Shown here one piece after another: positions 36,649 through 46,200 of a stretch of 64,000 nt of DNA (positions are counted from its first letter, which is position 1; every line of letters begins with the position of its first letter). The DNA lies in contig CANQFL010000001.1 of NCBI GenBank assembly GCA_947598785.1, positions 12,563 through 76,562 on the forward strand, in the 5' to 3' direction. Under the pieces are notes generated by a model. It did no database searches, was not told where the DNA came from, and saw nothing but the letters and a program-made list of their open reading frames with translations. The DNA is from an uncultured Clostridia bacterium. Lineage in GTDB: Bacteria; Bacillota; Clostridia; Christensenellales; UBA1242. The position numbers were made by a program, and so were the translations under genes.

Positions 36649-36900
36649 ATGAAGACTACTGAGAAGCAAGAATTAAAGAAAAAAATAAAAAGACTAGCTT
36701 TGTTTTTGGGAATTGTTTTCGTTCCTACTATGGTTATTTGTATTCTTTTAATTTGGGCTAAAGTGCCTCAATGGTTGAATATTTTGGTTCTAGTTATTGT
36801 TCTCTTCATATTATTCTTTATTTTTATTTATATTTGTGATAAAATTGATAAAAGGAAACAAGAGCGTCTAAGCAAAAAGAAAGACCCTTTCTCAGATTAA
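36649..36900 (+). CDS. small membrane protein (83 aa, two TM helices)
   Basis: 'LALFLGIVFVPTMVICILLIW' and 'LNILVLVIVLFILFFIFIYI'. Lies immediately upstream of dnaB. Confidence 0.5.
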   Translation: MKTTEKQELKKKIKRLALFLGIVFVPTMVICILLIWAKVPQWLNILVLVIVLFILFFIFIYICDKIDKRKQERLSKKKDPFSD

Positions 36901-36910
36901 TGGAGGAAAT

Positions 36911-38275
36911 ATGCCAGGTTATAAAATTTTACCTAATAGTTTGGAAGCAGAACAGGCACTTTTAGGGTGTGTTCTTCTTGATAATGATGCTCAAATGCAG
37001 ATTCTTTCTAAACTTAGGACTGATGATTTTTATTCTGAAAGCCATAAAAAAATCTTTGATAGCATGGTCAAGATTTTCAATAAATCTATTCCTGTAGATT
37101 TTGTTACTTTAACAAACCAACTTGAAGTAGAGAAAAAACTTGGTGTTGTTGGGGGAATTGATTACATAACTTTTTTAACTAATGTTGTTCCTTCGTCAGC
37201 AAATTATCAACATTATTTTAATATTGTAAAAAATCTTTCTACTAGAAGAAAGTTAATTTCTCAATCAAATGAAATAATCACTACAGCTTTTGAAAACGAA
37301 AGTGCTGAAGTATCTATGCAACTTGCTGAAAAGAAAATATTTGACCTTTCACAGTCTGATTCTACTTCAGAACTTGAACATATTGGCAAGCAGGGTGGAA
37401 CGCTTACAAGCGTTATGAATCAAATGAGTGAGTTGGCTCAGAACAAAGATAAGATGAGAGGAATACCAACAGGTTATAAAGACTTTGATGAAATAACAAA
37501 TGGACTTCAAAAAAGTGATTTGATTTTACTTGCAGCACGTCCAGGTGTTGGAAAAACCTCTTTTGCAATGAATATAGCACTACATTGTGCTGTAAATGAA
37601 GGCAAAAAAGTAGCGATATTTTCACTTGAAATGTCAAAAGACCAACTTGTTCAAAGATGTTTATCATCACTTGCTAAAGTCAATTTGAAGCATGTGTTAA
37701 CTGGACAAATGGAAAATGATGATGAATGGAAAAGAGTATGGACGGCTGAAAAAAAACTTTCACAATGTGGAATTTATATGGACGACTCTTCTGTAGTTAC
37801 TCCAGGTGCTATTATGAGTAAATGTCGCAACCTTAAAATGACAGAAGGTCTAGATTTGGTTGTTATCGATTATCTACAACTTATGACAACAGGAGAAAAA
37901 AGTCGAGATGGAAGAACTCAAGAAGTTAGTACTTTGACAAGAGCTCTAAAACAGACTGCAAAGGAATTGAATGTACCGGTTATTTTATTGTCACAGCTTT
38001 CCCGTGCTGTTGAAATTCGTGAGGACCATAAACCGGTGCTTTCTGACTTAAGAGAATCTGGTTCTATTGAACAAGATGCAGACATTGTGCTTTTCCTCTA
38101 CAATCCAGAAAAATATTCCAATGTAAATTTGGAAGATGAACCTGGAACTGTTTACCTTTTGATAGCAAAACACAGAAGTGGCAGTACAGGTGAAATCAAA
38201 TTAAAATGGGTTGGAGAGTATACAACATATTTTAATTTTGGTGAAAAAATTAAATATGAAGAGCAAAATCAATAA
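36911..38275 (+). CDS. dnaB: replicative DNA helicase DnaB
   Basis: 'PNSLEAEQALLGCVLLDN', Walker A 'ARPGVGKTSFAMN', 'VIDYLQLM', 'LSQLSRAVE', 'IEQDADIVLFLY'. RBS GGAGG upstream. Confidence 0.95.
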   Translation: MPGYKILPNSLEAEQALLGCVLLDNDAQMQILSKLRTDDFYSESHKKIFDSMVKIFNKSIPVDFVTLTNQLEVEKKLGVVGGIDYITFLTNVVPSSANYQHYFNIVKNLSTRRKLISQSNEIITTAFENESAEVSMQLAEKKIFDLSQSDSTSELEHIGKQGGTLTSVMNQMSELAQNKDKMRGIPTGYKDFDEITNGLQKSDLILLAARPGVGKTSFAMNIALHCAVNEGKKVAIFSLEMSKDQLVQRCLSSLAKVNLKHVLTGQMENDDEWKRVWTAEKKLSQCGIYMDDSSVVTPGAIMSKCRNLKMTEGLDLVVIDYLQLMTTGEKSRDGRTQEVSTLTRALKQTAKELNVPVILLSQLSRAVEIREDHKPVLSDLRESGSIEQDADIVLFLYNPEKYSNVNLEDEPGTVYLLIAKHRSGSTGEIKLKWVGEYTTYFNFGEKIKYEEQNQ

Positions 38276-38289
38276 AAAAGGAGAAAATA

Positions 38290-39144
38290 ATGAAAAAAAA
38301 GTGGTTTATCATAATTTTAATTATTCTTGTGATAGCTGTTGTGTTAACTATTGTATTTATTAATTTATTTACACCAAAAAACACAAAAGAAGTGACAGAT
38401 AAACTTTATTCTGTAACAGAACAAGGATATTTATTAGAAGAGAATGAGGATAATCTAAAAATTGACGAATTCTTGAAATATTTACAAAGTCAAAATGTTT
38501 CTAATCAACTTGAGCAAGAGGAAAGAAATCAAGTTAAAAATTATTATGAGGCTTATCAAGCATTTGAAATTTTGGCAGATTTTTATAATAGAGAAATGCC
38601 ATATAGTTTTGCTTCAGATGCTTATAAGAAAGAGAGAAAGACAGTTTTAAATTCTTTTGATAATGCAACACAGGCAGCAAAAGCAATGGCAGATTATATA
38701 AGACAGGAAGAAGTTAAAACAAACGGAGAAGCTAAATGGACAGCAGATATGTGGAGAACTATTGATGACCAAATGGCCTCTTTGCATAATAATACCGTTA
38801 ATGCATTCAATCATCTTGCTATAATTTATACAGGAAGTATATCTTCTAAAATAATGAATAATGATTTAACAACTGTTTTATTTAGAGCAGTAAATCAATT
38901 AACAAATGATTTTGATGAAAATTATACAAAAGAGCAAAATTGTGGAAATGATTTATTAGTATTTGTTGATTGCTATTTTACTAAAGATGCAGAACATTTT
39001 ATATTAGACTATCAATACGATGTAAATGAACAAACTTGGGTTAAATATTTAATTGAAGCTGAAGATATTACAAAAGCTGAAAATGATGCTTGGAATAAGT
39101 TGCTTATTGGAGCAATCGGAGTACCTGCTCCTCAAGGGGTATAA
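38290..39144 (+). CDS. hypothetical membrane-anchored helical protein (284 aa)
   Basis: RBS AAGGAG. N-terminal TM 'WFIIILIILVIAVVLTIVFINLF'. No family recognised. Confidence 0.5.
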   Translation: MKKKWFIIILIILVIAVVLTIVFINLFTPKNTKEVTDKLYSVTEQGYLLEENEDNLKIDEFLKYLQSQNVSNQLEQEERNQVKNYYEAYQAFEILADFYNREMPYSFASDAYKKERKTVLNSFDNATQAAKAMADYIRQEEVKTNGEAKWTADMWRTIDDQMASLHNNTVNAFNHLAIIYTGSISSKIMNNDLTTVLFRAVNQLTNDFDENYTKEQNCGNDLLVFVDCYFTKDAEHFILDYQYDVNEQTWVKYLIEAEDITKAENDAWNKLLIGAIGVPAPQGV

Positions 39145-39153
39145 GGAGGTATT

Positions 39154-40287
39154 ATGAAAAAAATATTTATTAGTATTTTAATGTGTTGTTTTGCGATATT
39201 TAGTGTATTTGGTTTGGTAGCTTGTGGTGAAGTTCCAGTTGATTCAATAAAGCAATCATACACAACAATGAAAGAAACCTTTGAAAAGTATTCAGAAAGA
39301 ACAGGTGGAAACAAAATTTTTACTTTTTCAGAGAGTGGTGGTCTTAAGTATAATATAACAATATCTTATGGAACAAATATTGATAAAAAGGTAACTGAAT
39401 CACAAGAAGGGACAAATGGTTACGCCGAATTAAAATCAGTGTATAATACAATCCTTTCCATTTCTTATGATTATATAATGCAAAATGAAGGTTATTTTAA
39501 TGGATTGACAGACGCAGATTTGAATGATAATTCTAAAAATGCGTTAAAGAATGTGAATGATACATTAAACAATTTTGTAAATTCAATACCAAATTTTGTC
39601 AACGAAATGAATATTTTTGAAGAATTTTTAAAAAAGGGTATAGTTGACAATAATGGTAAAGGTGAAGAAGCGTATTTGCGTGCCTTTAAAAAAGTATATG
39701 GTGATTTTGTAGAAAAAAATATTGCTCTTTCAACTAGTATCGCTAACTTTATTGAAACAACAGAATTTTTCAATATTATAAAATCAACAAATATAACACC
39801 AGCAAACTTTGAACTCGTAAAAGACTATATAAGAGCAAAAATGCTTCCAATTTATAGCAACTTTATAATGTCTAGAATAGAAAACAATTATAACTTTAAA
39901 GATAGTGATAAGGGTGATGCGTACAGTAAAATTGATAAACTTTTAAACGATTTAAAAACATCATTTAATAATGATTATAAAGCAAAATTAGTTTCAGGCA
40001 GTATCACAGTTCTTCCATCAGCTGATAATGAAGCAAATCAAAAATTAATGACTCTTTTATTTGACTATGTTGATATGTTTTTCTCAGAAGTAAACGATTA
40101 TAATACAGCCTTATATGGTATTGATTTTGAAAACTTATCTATTAATCATAAAAACGATATAGAATCTTATAAGCAAGTTAATAAAGATGTAACAAGATAT
40201 TTTGAAAAATTAGAGCAATTTATTGGTAATGGAGAAAATGGCGTATTAAGTACATTTATAAATAATATTTATGATATAATTAATTAA
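39154..40287 (+). CDS. hypothetical lipoprotein (377 aa)
   Basis: RBS AAGGAGG. Lipobox 'VFGLVACGE'. Helical, N/D/K-rich. No family recognised. Confidence 0.5.
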   Translation: MKKIFISILMCCFAIFSVFGLVACGEVPVDSIKQSYTTMKETFEKYSERTGGNKIFTFSESGGLKYNITISYGTNIDKKVTESQEGTNGYAELKSVYNTILSISYDYIMQNEGYFNGLTDADLNDNSKNALKNVNDTLNNFVNSIPNFVNEMNIFEEFLKKGIVDNNGKGEEAYLRAFKKVYGDFVEKNIALSTSIANFIETTEFFNIIKSTNITPANFELVKDYIRAKMLPIYSNFIMSRIENNYNFKDSDKGDAYSKIDKLLNDLKTSFNNDYKAKLVSGSITVLPSADNEANQKLMTLLFDYVDMFFSEVNDYNTALYGIDFENLSINHKNDIESYKQVNKDVTRYFEKLEQFIGNGENGVLSTFINNIYDIIN

Positions 40288-40300
40288 TTTGGAGTATTTT

Positions 40301-41935
40301 ATGAATAAAAATCAGGAATTGGCAGAACTTCTTTTTCCAGGTGGAAAAACCGTAGAAGAAATTGAAAAACAATATCCTAAACGTAATTTAAAAACAGGAG
40401 CTGAGGTGACTCGTTTTGCCCCAAGCCCTACTGGTTTTATGCACTTAGGTAATTTTTTCCAAGCACTTATAGATTACCAAATCGCTAAACGAAGTGGTGG
40501 AGTATTTTATCTCCGTATTGAAGATACTGATAGAAAGAGAGAAATTTCTGGGGCAAGCAGTATAATCATGTCAATTATGACGGGTTACGGGATTATACCT
40601 GACGAATATGAACTCAAAGGTGGCGTAACTGTAGGAGATTATGGTCCATATTATCAAAGTGAACGAAATGAAATTTATCGTGCTTATGCAAAAAAACTTG
40701 TTGCAGAAGGTTATGCTTTTCCTTGTTTTTGTCGTAAAACAGAAGGTTTAGAGGACATAAAAGAAAAAAGAGAAAAGAAATTTTCTACTCAAATTACAAA
40801 TGAAGATAAAGACGTTTGTAGAAATTTAACTTTTGAACAAATAGAAGCAAATATTAAAGCCGGAAAGAAATTTGCTATTAGATTAAAGTCTAAAGGCGAT
40901 GGCAAAAGGAAAATTAAATTTAAGGATTATGCAAAGGGAGAAGTTGAAATTTTAGAAAATTGCATAGACGCAATATTATTAAAAGATGATTTAACTCCAA
41001 CTTACAATTTTGCACACCCAATCGATGACACTTTGATGGGTACAACTGTTGTTGTTCGTGGTGAAGAATGGCTACCTTCTTATCCACTTCATGATGAAAT
41101 TTTTAATGCTTTAGGTTATAAAAAGCCAAAATATATCCACAATCCTTTGATTTATACTTTTAATGAAAAGGGAAATAAAATAAAACTCTCTAAGAGAAAG
41201 CATCCAGAAGCAGATATGCGTTTCTTTGATAAAGAGGGCTATGTCAAAGATGCAGTTATTGAGTATTTAACAAATCTTGCAAACTCTAATTTTGAAAATT
41301 GGAGAAAAAATAATCCAAATGCAGATTATTTTGATTTTCCATTTGATGGATTTAAAATTACTGCTAATACACCTATTTTTGATATGGTTAAGTTAAATGA
41401 TATTTCAAAAGAAATTATTTCCAAAATGACTGCAGAACAATGTTATGAACATCTTTTACTTTGGGCAAAAGAATTTTCAACTGAAAATGTAAATTATTTG
41501 ATTAAAGAAAAAGATTATGTCATAAAAATCTTAAATATTGATAGAGAAAAATCAAAACCAAGAAAAGATTTATATAAGTGGAGTATGTTTTTTGAACTTT
41601 TTGATTATATGTTTGGGAAACCTACTTCTTATGAAATTGATGATAACGAAAAATCTGAATTTTCAAAAGTGTTAAAAGCATATAAAAAATATCTTAATTT
41701 AAATGATAAAGATACTTGGTTTGAGAATGTCAAAAAAATGTCAGCAGAATTAGGCTATGCTACTGATAATGCAGAATTTAAAAAGAATCCTGAAAAATAT
41801 AAGGGAAATGTTGCTAAAGTTTGTGAATATATCAGAATAGCAATAACAGGTCGAAAAAATTCTCCTGATTTATTTGAAATAATGACTCTTTTAGGTAAAG
41901 AACGAGTTTTAGATATTTTAAATGATTTAATTTAG
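40301..41935 (+). CDS. gltX: glutamyl-tRNA synthetase (the listed start at 40289 is a TTG; ATG 40301 has GGAG 6 nt upstream)
   Basis: 'RFAPSPTGFMHLGN' (HIGH-type), 'YLRIEDTDRKRE', 'GPYYQSERNEIY', 'AFPCFC', and 'KLSKRK' (KMSKS-type). Confidence 0.85.
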   Translation: MNKNQELAELLFPGGKTVEEIEKQYPKRNLKTGAEVTRFAPSPTGFMHLGNFFQALIDYQIAKRSGGVFYLRIEDTDRKREISGASSIIMSIMTGYGIIPDEYELKGGVTVGDYGPYYQSERNEIYRAYAKKLVAEGYAFPCFCRKTEGLEDIKEKREKKFSTQITNEDKDVCRNLTFEQIEANIKAGKKFAIRLKSKGDGKRKIKFKDYAKGEVEILENCIDAILLKDDLTPTYNFAHPIDDTLMGTTVVVRGEEWLPSYPLHDEIFNALGYKKPKYIHNPLIYTFNEKGNKIKLSKRKHPEADMRFFDKEGYVKDAVIEYLTNLANSNFENWRKNNPNADYFDFPFDGFKITANTPIFDMVKLNDISKEIISKMTAEQCYEHLLLWAKEFSTENVNYLIKEKDYVIKILNIDREKSKPRKDLYKWSMFFELFDYMFGKPTSYEIDDNEKSEFSKVLKAYKKYLNLNDKDTWFENVKKMSAELGYATDNAEFKKNPEKYKGNVAKVCEYIRIAITGRKNSPDLFEIMTLLGKERVLDILNDLI

Positions 41936-41965
41936 AATTTTTATTATTTTATTTTTAAATTAAAT

Positions 41966-42078
41966 AAAAAAATATTAAAAAATATTTAAAAAATGTAAAA
42001 AATACCTAAATATCGAATTAAAAAATATTTTAAAAATTAATATTTAATTATTTATTTTAATAAAAAATATTAATAAAA
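41966..42078. repeat. helically phased A-tracts in the gltX-trpS spacer
   Basis: A6-7 tracts start at 41966, 41977, 41988 and 41997 (spacing 11, 11 and 9 nt), with further A5-6 tracts at 42020, 42032, 42062 and 42074. The spacer is almost devoid of G/C. Confidence 0.7.
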
Positions 42079-42090
42079 ATTGAGGATATT

Positions 42091-43143
42091 ATGGGAAAAA
42101 TTATTTTAACGGGAGACAGACCAACTGGAAATTTGCATATTGGACATTTTGTTGGTTCTGTTCAAAATAGGTTAAAATTGCAAGAGCAAGGTGATTTTGA
42201 AAAGTTTTATATTATGATTGCTGATACTCAAGCAATGACTGATAATGCAGATAATCCTGATAAAGTTAGAAAAAATGTTATAGAAGTTGCTTTGGATTAT
42301 CTTGGTGCTGGAATTGATAGCAAAAAAGTTAATATGTTTATTCAATCTCAAGTTCCTGAACTTGCTGAAATTACTATGTATTTTTTAAATTTGGTAACTG
42401 TTTCCAGATTGACTAGAAATCCTACTGTTAAAGATGAAATTAAACAAAGAGGTTTTAATGCTTCATTGCCTGTCGGTTTTATGTGCTATCCAATTAGTCA
42501 AGCTTCTGATATTTTAGCATTTAATTCCACTTGTGTTCCTGTTGGAGAAGACCAACTTCCAATGATAGAGCAAACTCGAGAAATTGCACGAACTTTTAAT
42601 CATACTTATAAAGAAATTTTTACTTTACCAGAACCTTTACTTCCTGACAATAAAACTTGCTTAAGACTTGTTGGAACTGATGGAAGCTTAAAAATGAGTA
42701 AATCAGCTGGTAATTGCATTTATTTAAAAGATGAACCTGATGTTATCAAAACTAAAGTTATGAATTGCTATACTGATTCAAATCACATAAAGATTTCAGA
42801 CCCTGGAAAAGTTGAAGGTAATGTTGTTTTTGCATATTTAGATGCATTTGCAACTGATGAAAGTTTTAAAAAGTATTTGCCTGAATATAAAAATTTAACA
42901 GAATTGAAAAACCATTATAAAAAAGGTGGATTAGGTGATGTTAAAATTAAAATGTTTTTAAACAATATTTTGCAAGAAACTCTTGAACCTATCAGAAAAA
43001 GAAGAAAAGAGTATGAAAAAAATATCGATGAAATTTATTCTATGCTTTTTGAAAATGCAAAAAAAGCTAGAGAAGTTGCAGCCGAAACTATTGAAAAAAT
43101 GAAAAGTGCAATGGGGCTTGATTATTACCATAAATCTCTATAA
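42091..43143 (+). CDS. trpS: tryptophanyl-tRNA synthetase
   Basis: 'GDRPTGNLHIGHFVG' (HIGH), 'KMSKSAGN' (KMSKS), 350 aa. SD GAGGA 5 nt upstream. Confidence 0.95.
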   Translation: MGKIILTGDRPTGNLHIGHFVGSVQNRLKLQEQGDFEKFYIMIADTQAMTDNADNPDKVRKNVIEVALDYLGAGIDSKKVNMFIQSQVPELAEITMYFLNLVTVSRLTRNPTVKDEIKQRGFNASLPVGFMCYPISQASDILAFNSTCVPVGEDQLPMIEQTREIARTFNHTYKEIFTLPEPLLPDNKTCLRLVGTDGSLKMSKSAGNCIYLKDEPDVIKTKVMNCYTDSNHIKISDPGKVEGNVVFAYLDAFATDESFKKYLPEYKNLTELKNHYKKGGLGDVKIKMFLNNILQETLEPIRKRRKEYEKNIDEIYSMLFENAKKAREVAAETIEKMKSAMGLDYYHKSL

Positions 43144-43150
43144 AAAATAT

Positions 43151-43177
43151 ACACCTGTTCAAACAGGTGTTTTTTTT
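43151..43177 (+). terminator. Rho-independent terminator of trpS
   Basis: ACACCTG (43151-43157), TTCAAA loop, CAGGTGT (43164-43170), T8. Confidence 0.85.
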
Positions 43178-43221
43178 AAATTATTGTATATATTAATATA
43201 TATTTATTGTCCTAAATTTGC

Positions 43222-43250
43222 TTGCTATTTTTAAACTATATTTGTATAAT
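43222..43250 (+). promoter_or_regulatory. candidate promoter of the 6,235-aa gene
   Basis: TTGCTA (43222-43227), 17-nt spacer, TG-TATAAT (TATAAT at 43245-43250). SD GAGGG at 43286-43290. Confidence 0.5.
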
Positions 43251-43296
43251 TATATAAATAAAGTCGATTGTGCAATTAGAGTTTTGAGGGTGAAGT

Positions 43297-46200
43297 ATGA
43301 AAAGAAAATTGTTCTTTTTACTTGTCTTAGTTTTTGGCTTTTGTGGGGTTTTGGGTTATGTTAATCTCAAACCTGCACAGGTTTCTTATGCTGTAAGTTC
43401 AAATTCAAGTTCTTGGAATCTTCCAAATGGAAAAACATACAAAACATTAACAGAAGCAGATTTTAATATCAATGATTCGACTATTAATAATGATTATTAT
43501 AAAATTAATTCTGAAATTTACATTGGTTCTGCAAAGGGATTTGCATATTTTGCTGTCTTAGCCAATGAAGAGGCAAATAATGTAGGACAATCTAAATTTG
43601 CAGGCACTAGTGTATATCTGACTACTGATATCGATTTGAAAAATGTTGCTTGGAACCCTATACAAAACTTTAGAGGTTCTTTTTATGGTCAAGGACATTA
43701 TATTTTTAACTTGAAATTGGAATATATTGATGGCGTGTCTGATTACGGTATTTTTGGTAGCATTCTTGGAACTCTTTCTATGCTTAATTTAAGAAATGTT
43801 GATATTGATATAATTTCAACAACTGCAAATGCAATTAATGTAGGAAGTTTAGTAGGAAGAGTTGGAACTGATATTTCAACTACATCATCTCCTATTATTT
43901 CATGTTCTGCAAAAGGTGAAATCAAGGTTAATTCAGAAAAATCTTTTGTAGGTGGGCTTGTTGGTTATGTAAACACAACAGGAGAATATGAAAATCTTAA
44001 AAGTGATTTTGTTTTTGATGTTCAATCAACTCAAAATTCAACGACAAATACAAATGTCGGAGGATTATTCGGTGGTGTTGGACAATTAAATTTACAAAAA
44101 AGTTATTCTGAAGGGGTCATCACTTGTAATGTTGGCAATGTTGGTGGATTGATTGGAATAGATGATGTTAAAGCTTTAAATAAAATTTCAACTTCTGGAA
44201 ACTTGGTTTTAAGAGATTCATATAGCAAAATGAAATTAAATTCAACCGATTCAAATGTTGTAGGTGGGTTAGTCGGTGTTTATGATTCAGATAACAATGT
44301 TGTAAACAGAGTGATTTTATATAATCTATATTTTGCTGGGGAATCTTCTAACGATTATGGCGCAATAATTGGTAAAGTCAATAATCCTAATACCACTATA
44401 ACAGGAGAAAGCCTAATTTCAATAACAACCACTAAATTATTTGGCAATTTAGATAAAAACAATAATTCTTTTTATACTAAAGATTGTTTTGCAGATTTCA
44501 ATTCAATAGTTAGAACAAGCGAATTCTATACTGATACAAATAGATGGCATAACCAATGGAATTTTGAAAACATTTGGGGTATTGCAATTGGAATGAATGA
44601 TAGTCTTCCATTTTTAAAAGAATTATCAAATTTTGAAACTGATAATGATAATTTCTATTCAGGACTTAAGGGAAGTGGTACTATTAATTCTCCATATTTG
44701 ATTCAAACAGCTGGAGATTTGGGATATTTATCAAGAAATTATAGTAAATTGCAAAACAAAGTTTTTGCTCTTCAAAATAATATCGATTTATCTGGTGCTA
44801 CTTGGATTCCTATAGGTAAAAGTAGTTCAAAGTTTTCAGGTGTTTTTGATGGAAATAATTTTACTATTTCAGGATTGAATTGCTCTTTACAAGAACCTTT
44901 TAGCGAATTGGGACTTTTTGGTGCAACTAAAAATGCTGTAATTAAAAACCTTATTGTAAAAAATTTTAATATAAATTCAACTCTTAGCAATCAAAGTGTT
45001 GGTACTATAATAGCTAATGCTGATGAAAATACATATTTAATTAACTGTGCAGATTATAACAGTAAAGAAATAAGCTCTGTTGGATATGACAATAATGGCA
45101 GTAATTTAACTGTTGCCTATGGTCAAAATAATGAAGAGGGACAAAAACTTAATATATTGTCTAATCCTAAAATTGGATATGATATTACGATTGATGGTGT
45201 AGGTGGAATTTTTTATAACGAGAATCGTGAAATTTATCGTGGACAACATCATGTTCTTGTTTATAAAGGTTCATCTTTATCTTATATCAATGTTAGCAAT
45301 ATTGATTCAAGTTATGGTAAAATTTTACCACAATTATCTGAAAATTATGGTGAAACAGATATTTTAATTAGAAAAGGTTATAAGCTTAAAGGTTTTTCTA
45401 CAAAAGCTAATGAAGTTAAAACCATAGATTTAGATGGTACAGGCCTTTTTGTTGGGGATTCAGCTGAACCTTCTGCTTATAAAATCTTTGCAAACTGGGA
45501 AGGTGCTAAAAAGAAGATTGAAATTGTGTATAATGCTTATGAAAATGAACTTTTGAATGCTCAAACTATGTTAAATGCTTCATATAAAGGTCAAAGTCTA
45601 AACTATGAAGGTAAAGATTTAGATTATGCACATATTGAATTGCAAGATAATGATGTAAAGGTGGTCTATGAGTTAGATTACGATAGTGATTTTAGTGATT
45701 ATTACAATATTTTCAAAGCTACACCAAGTTATACTTTGGGCGAAACCAAAAAATTAAGAGGAGAGGGTTTTGATGTTGAAGAAATTTATTCAACATATTC
45801 AGTTAACGGCTTTAGTGATGTTTTAAGCAATTCATATAAATTTATTAATAACAAATTAAATTCAACTTATTACGCTAAATGGAAAAATTCTGAATTACCA
45901 CAAAGTTATACTATCAAATTGAGATTTAATAAAGAAGAAATGGATAATTCTTGGGCTGGATTTGAAAAATTTAATTTTTCTGATGTTTTTACAAGCATAA
46001 AGTTGTATGGCTGGAAGAAAAATGCAGATGGTATTTTTGAAAAACAAAAGAACTTTATGTATGATGATTTGAATCCTCATGAAGTTGATGATAATTATGA
46101 ATTTACAATAAATTATAATACTTCATTCAGTTTATCTCAAGATGAATTTTGGAGATTTGAAGTTGATGCTGAACGTGGTTATGAATTTCAATTATTATCT

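Noticed and set aside
41936-42090. T-box riboswitch upstream of trpS (also considered for gltX)
   Set aside because: The spacer is essentially G/C-free and cannot form Stem I, an antiterminator or the conserved T-box sequence. gltX starts 13 nt after the preceding gene.
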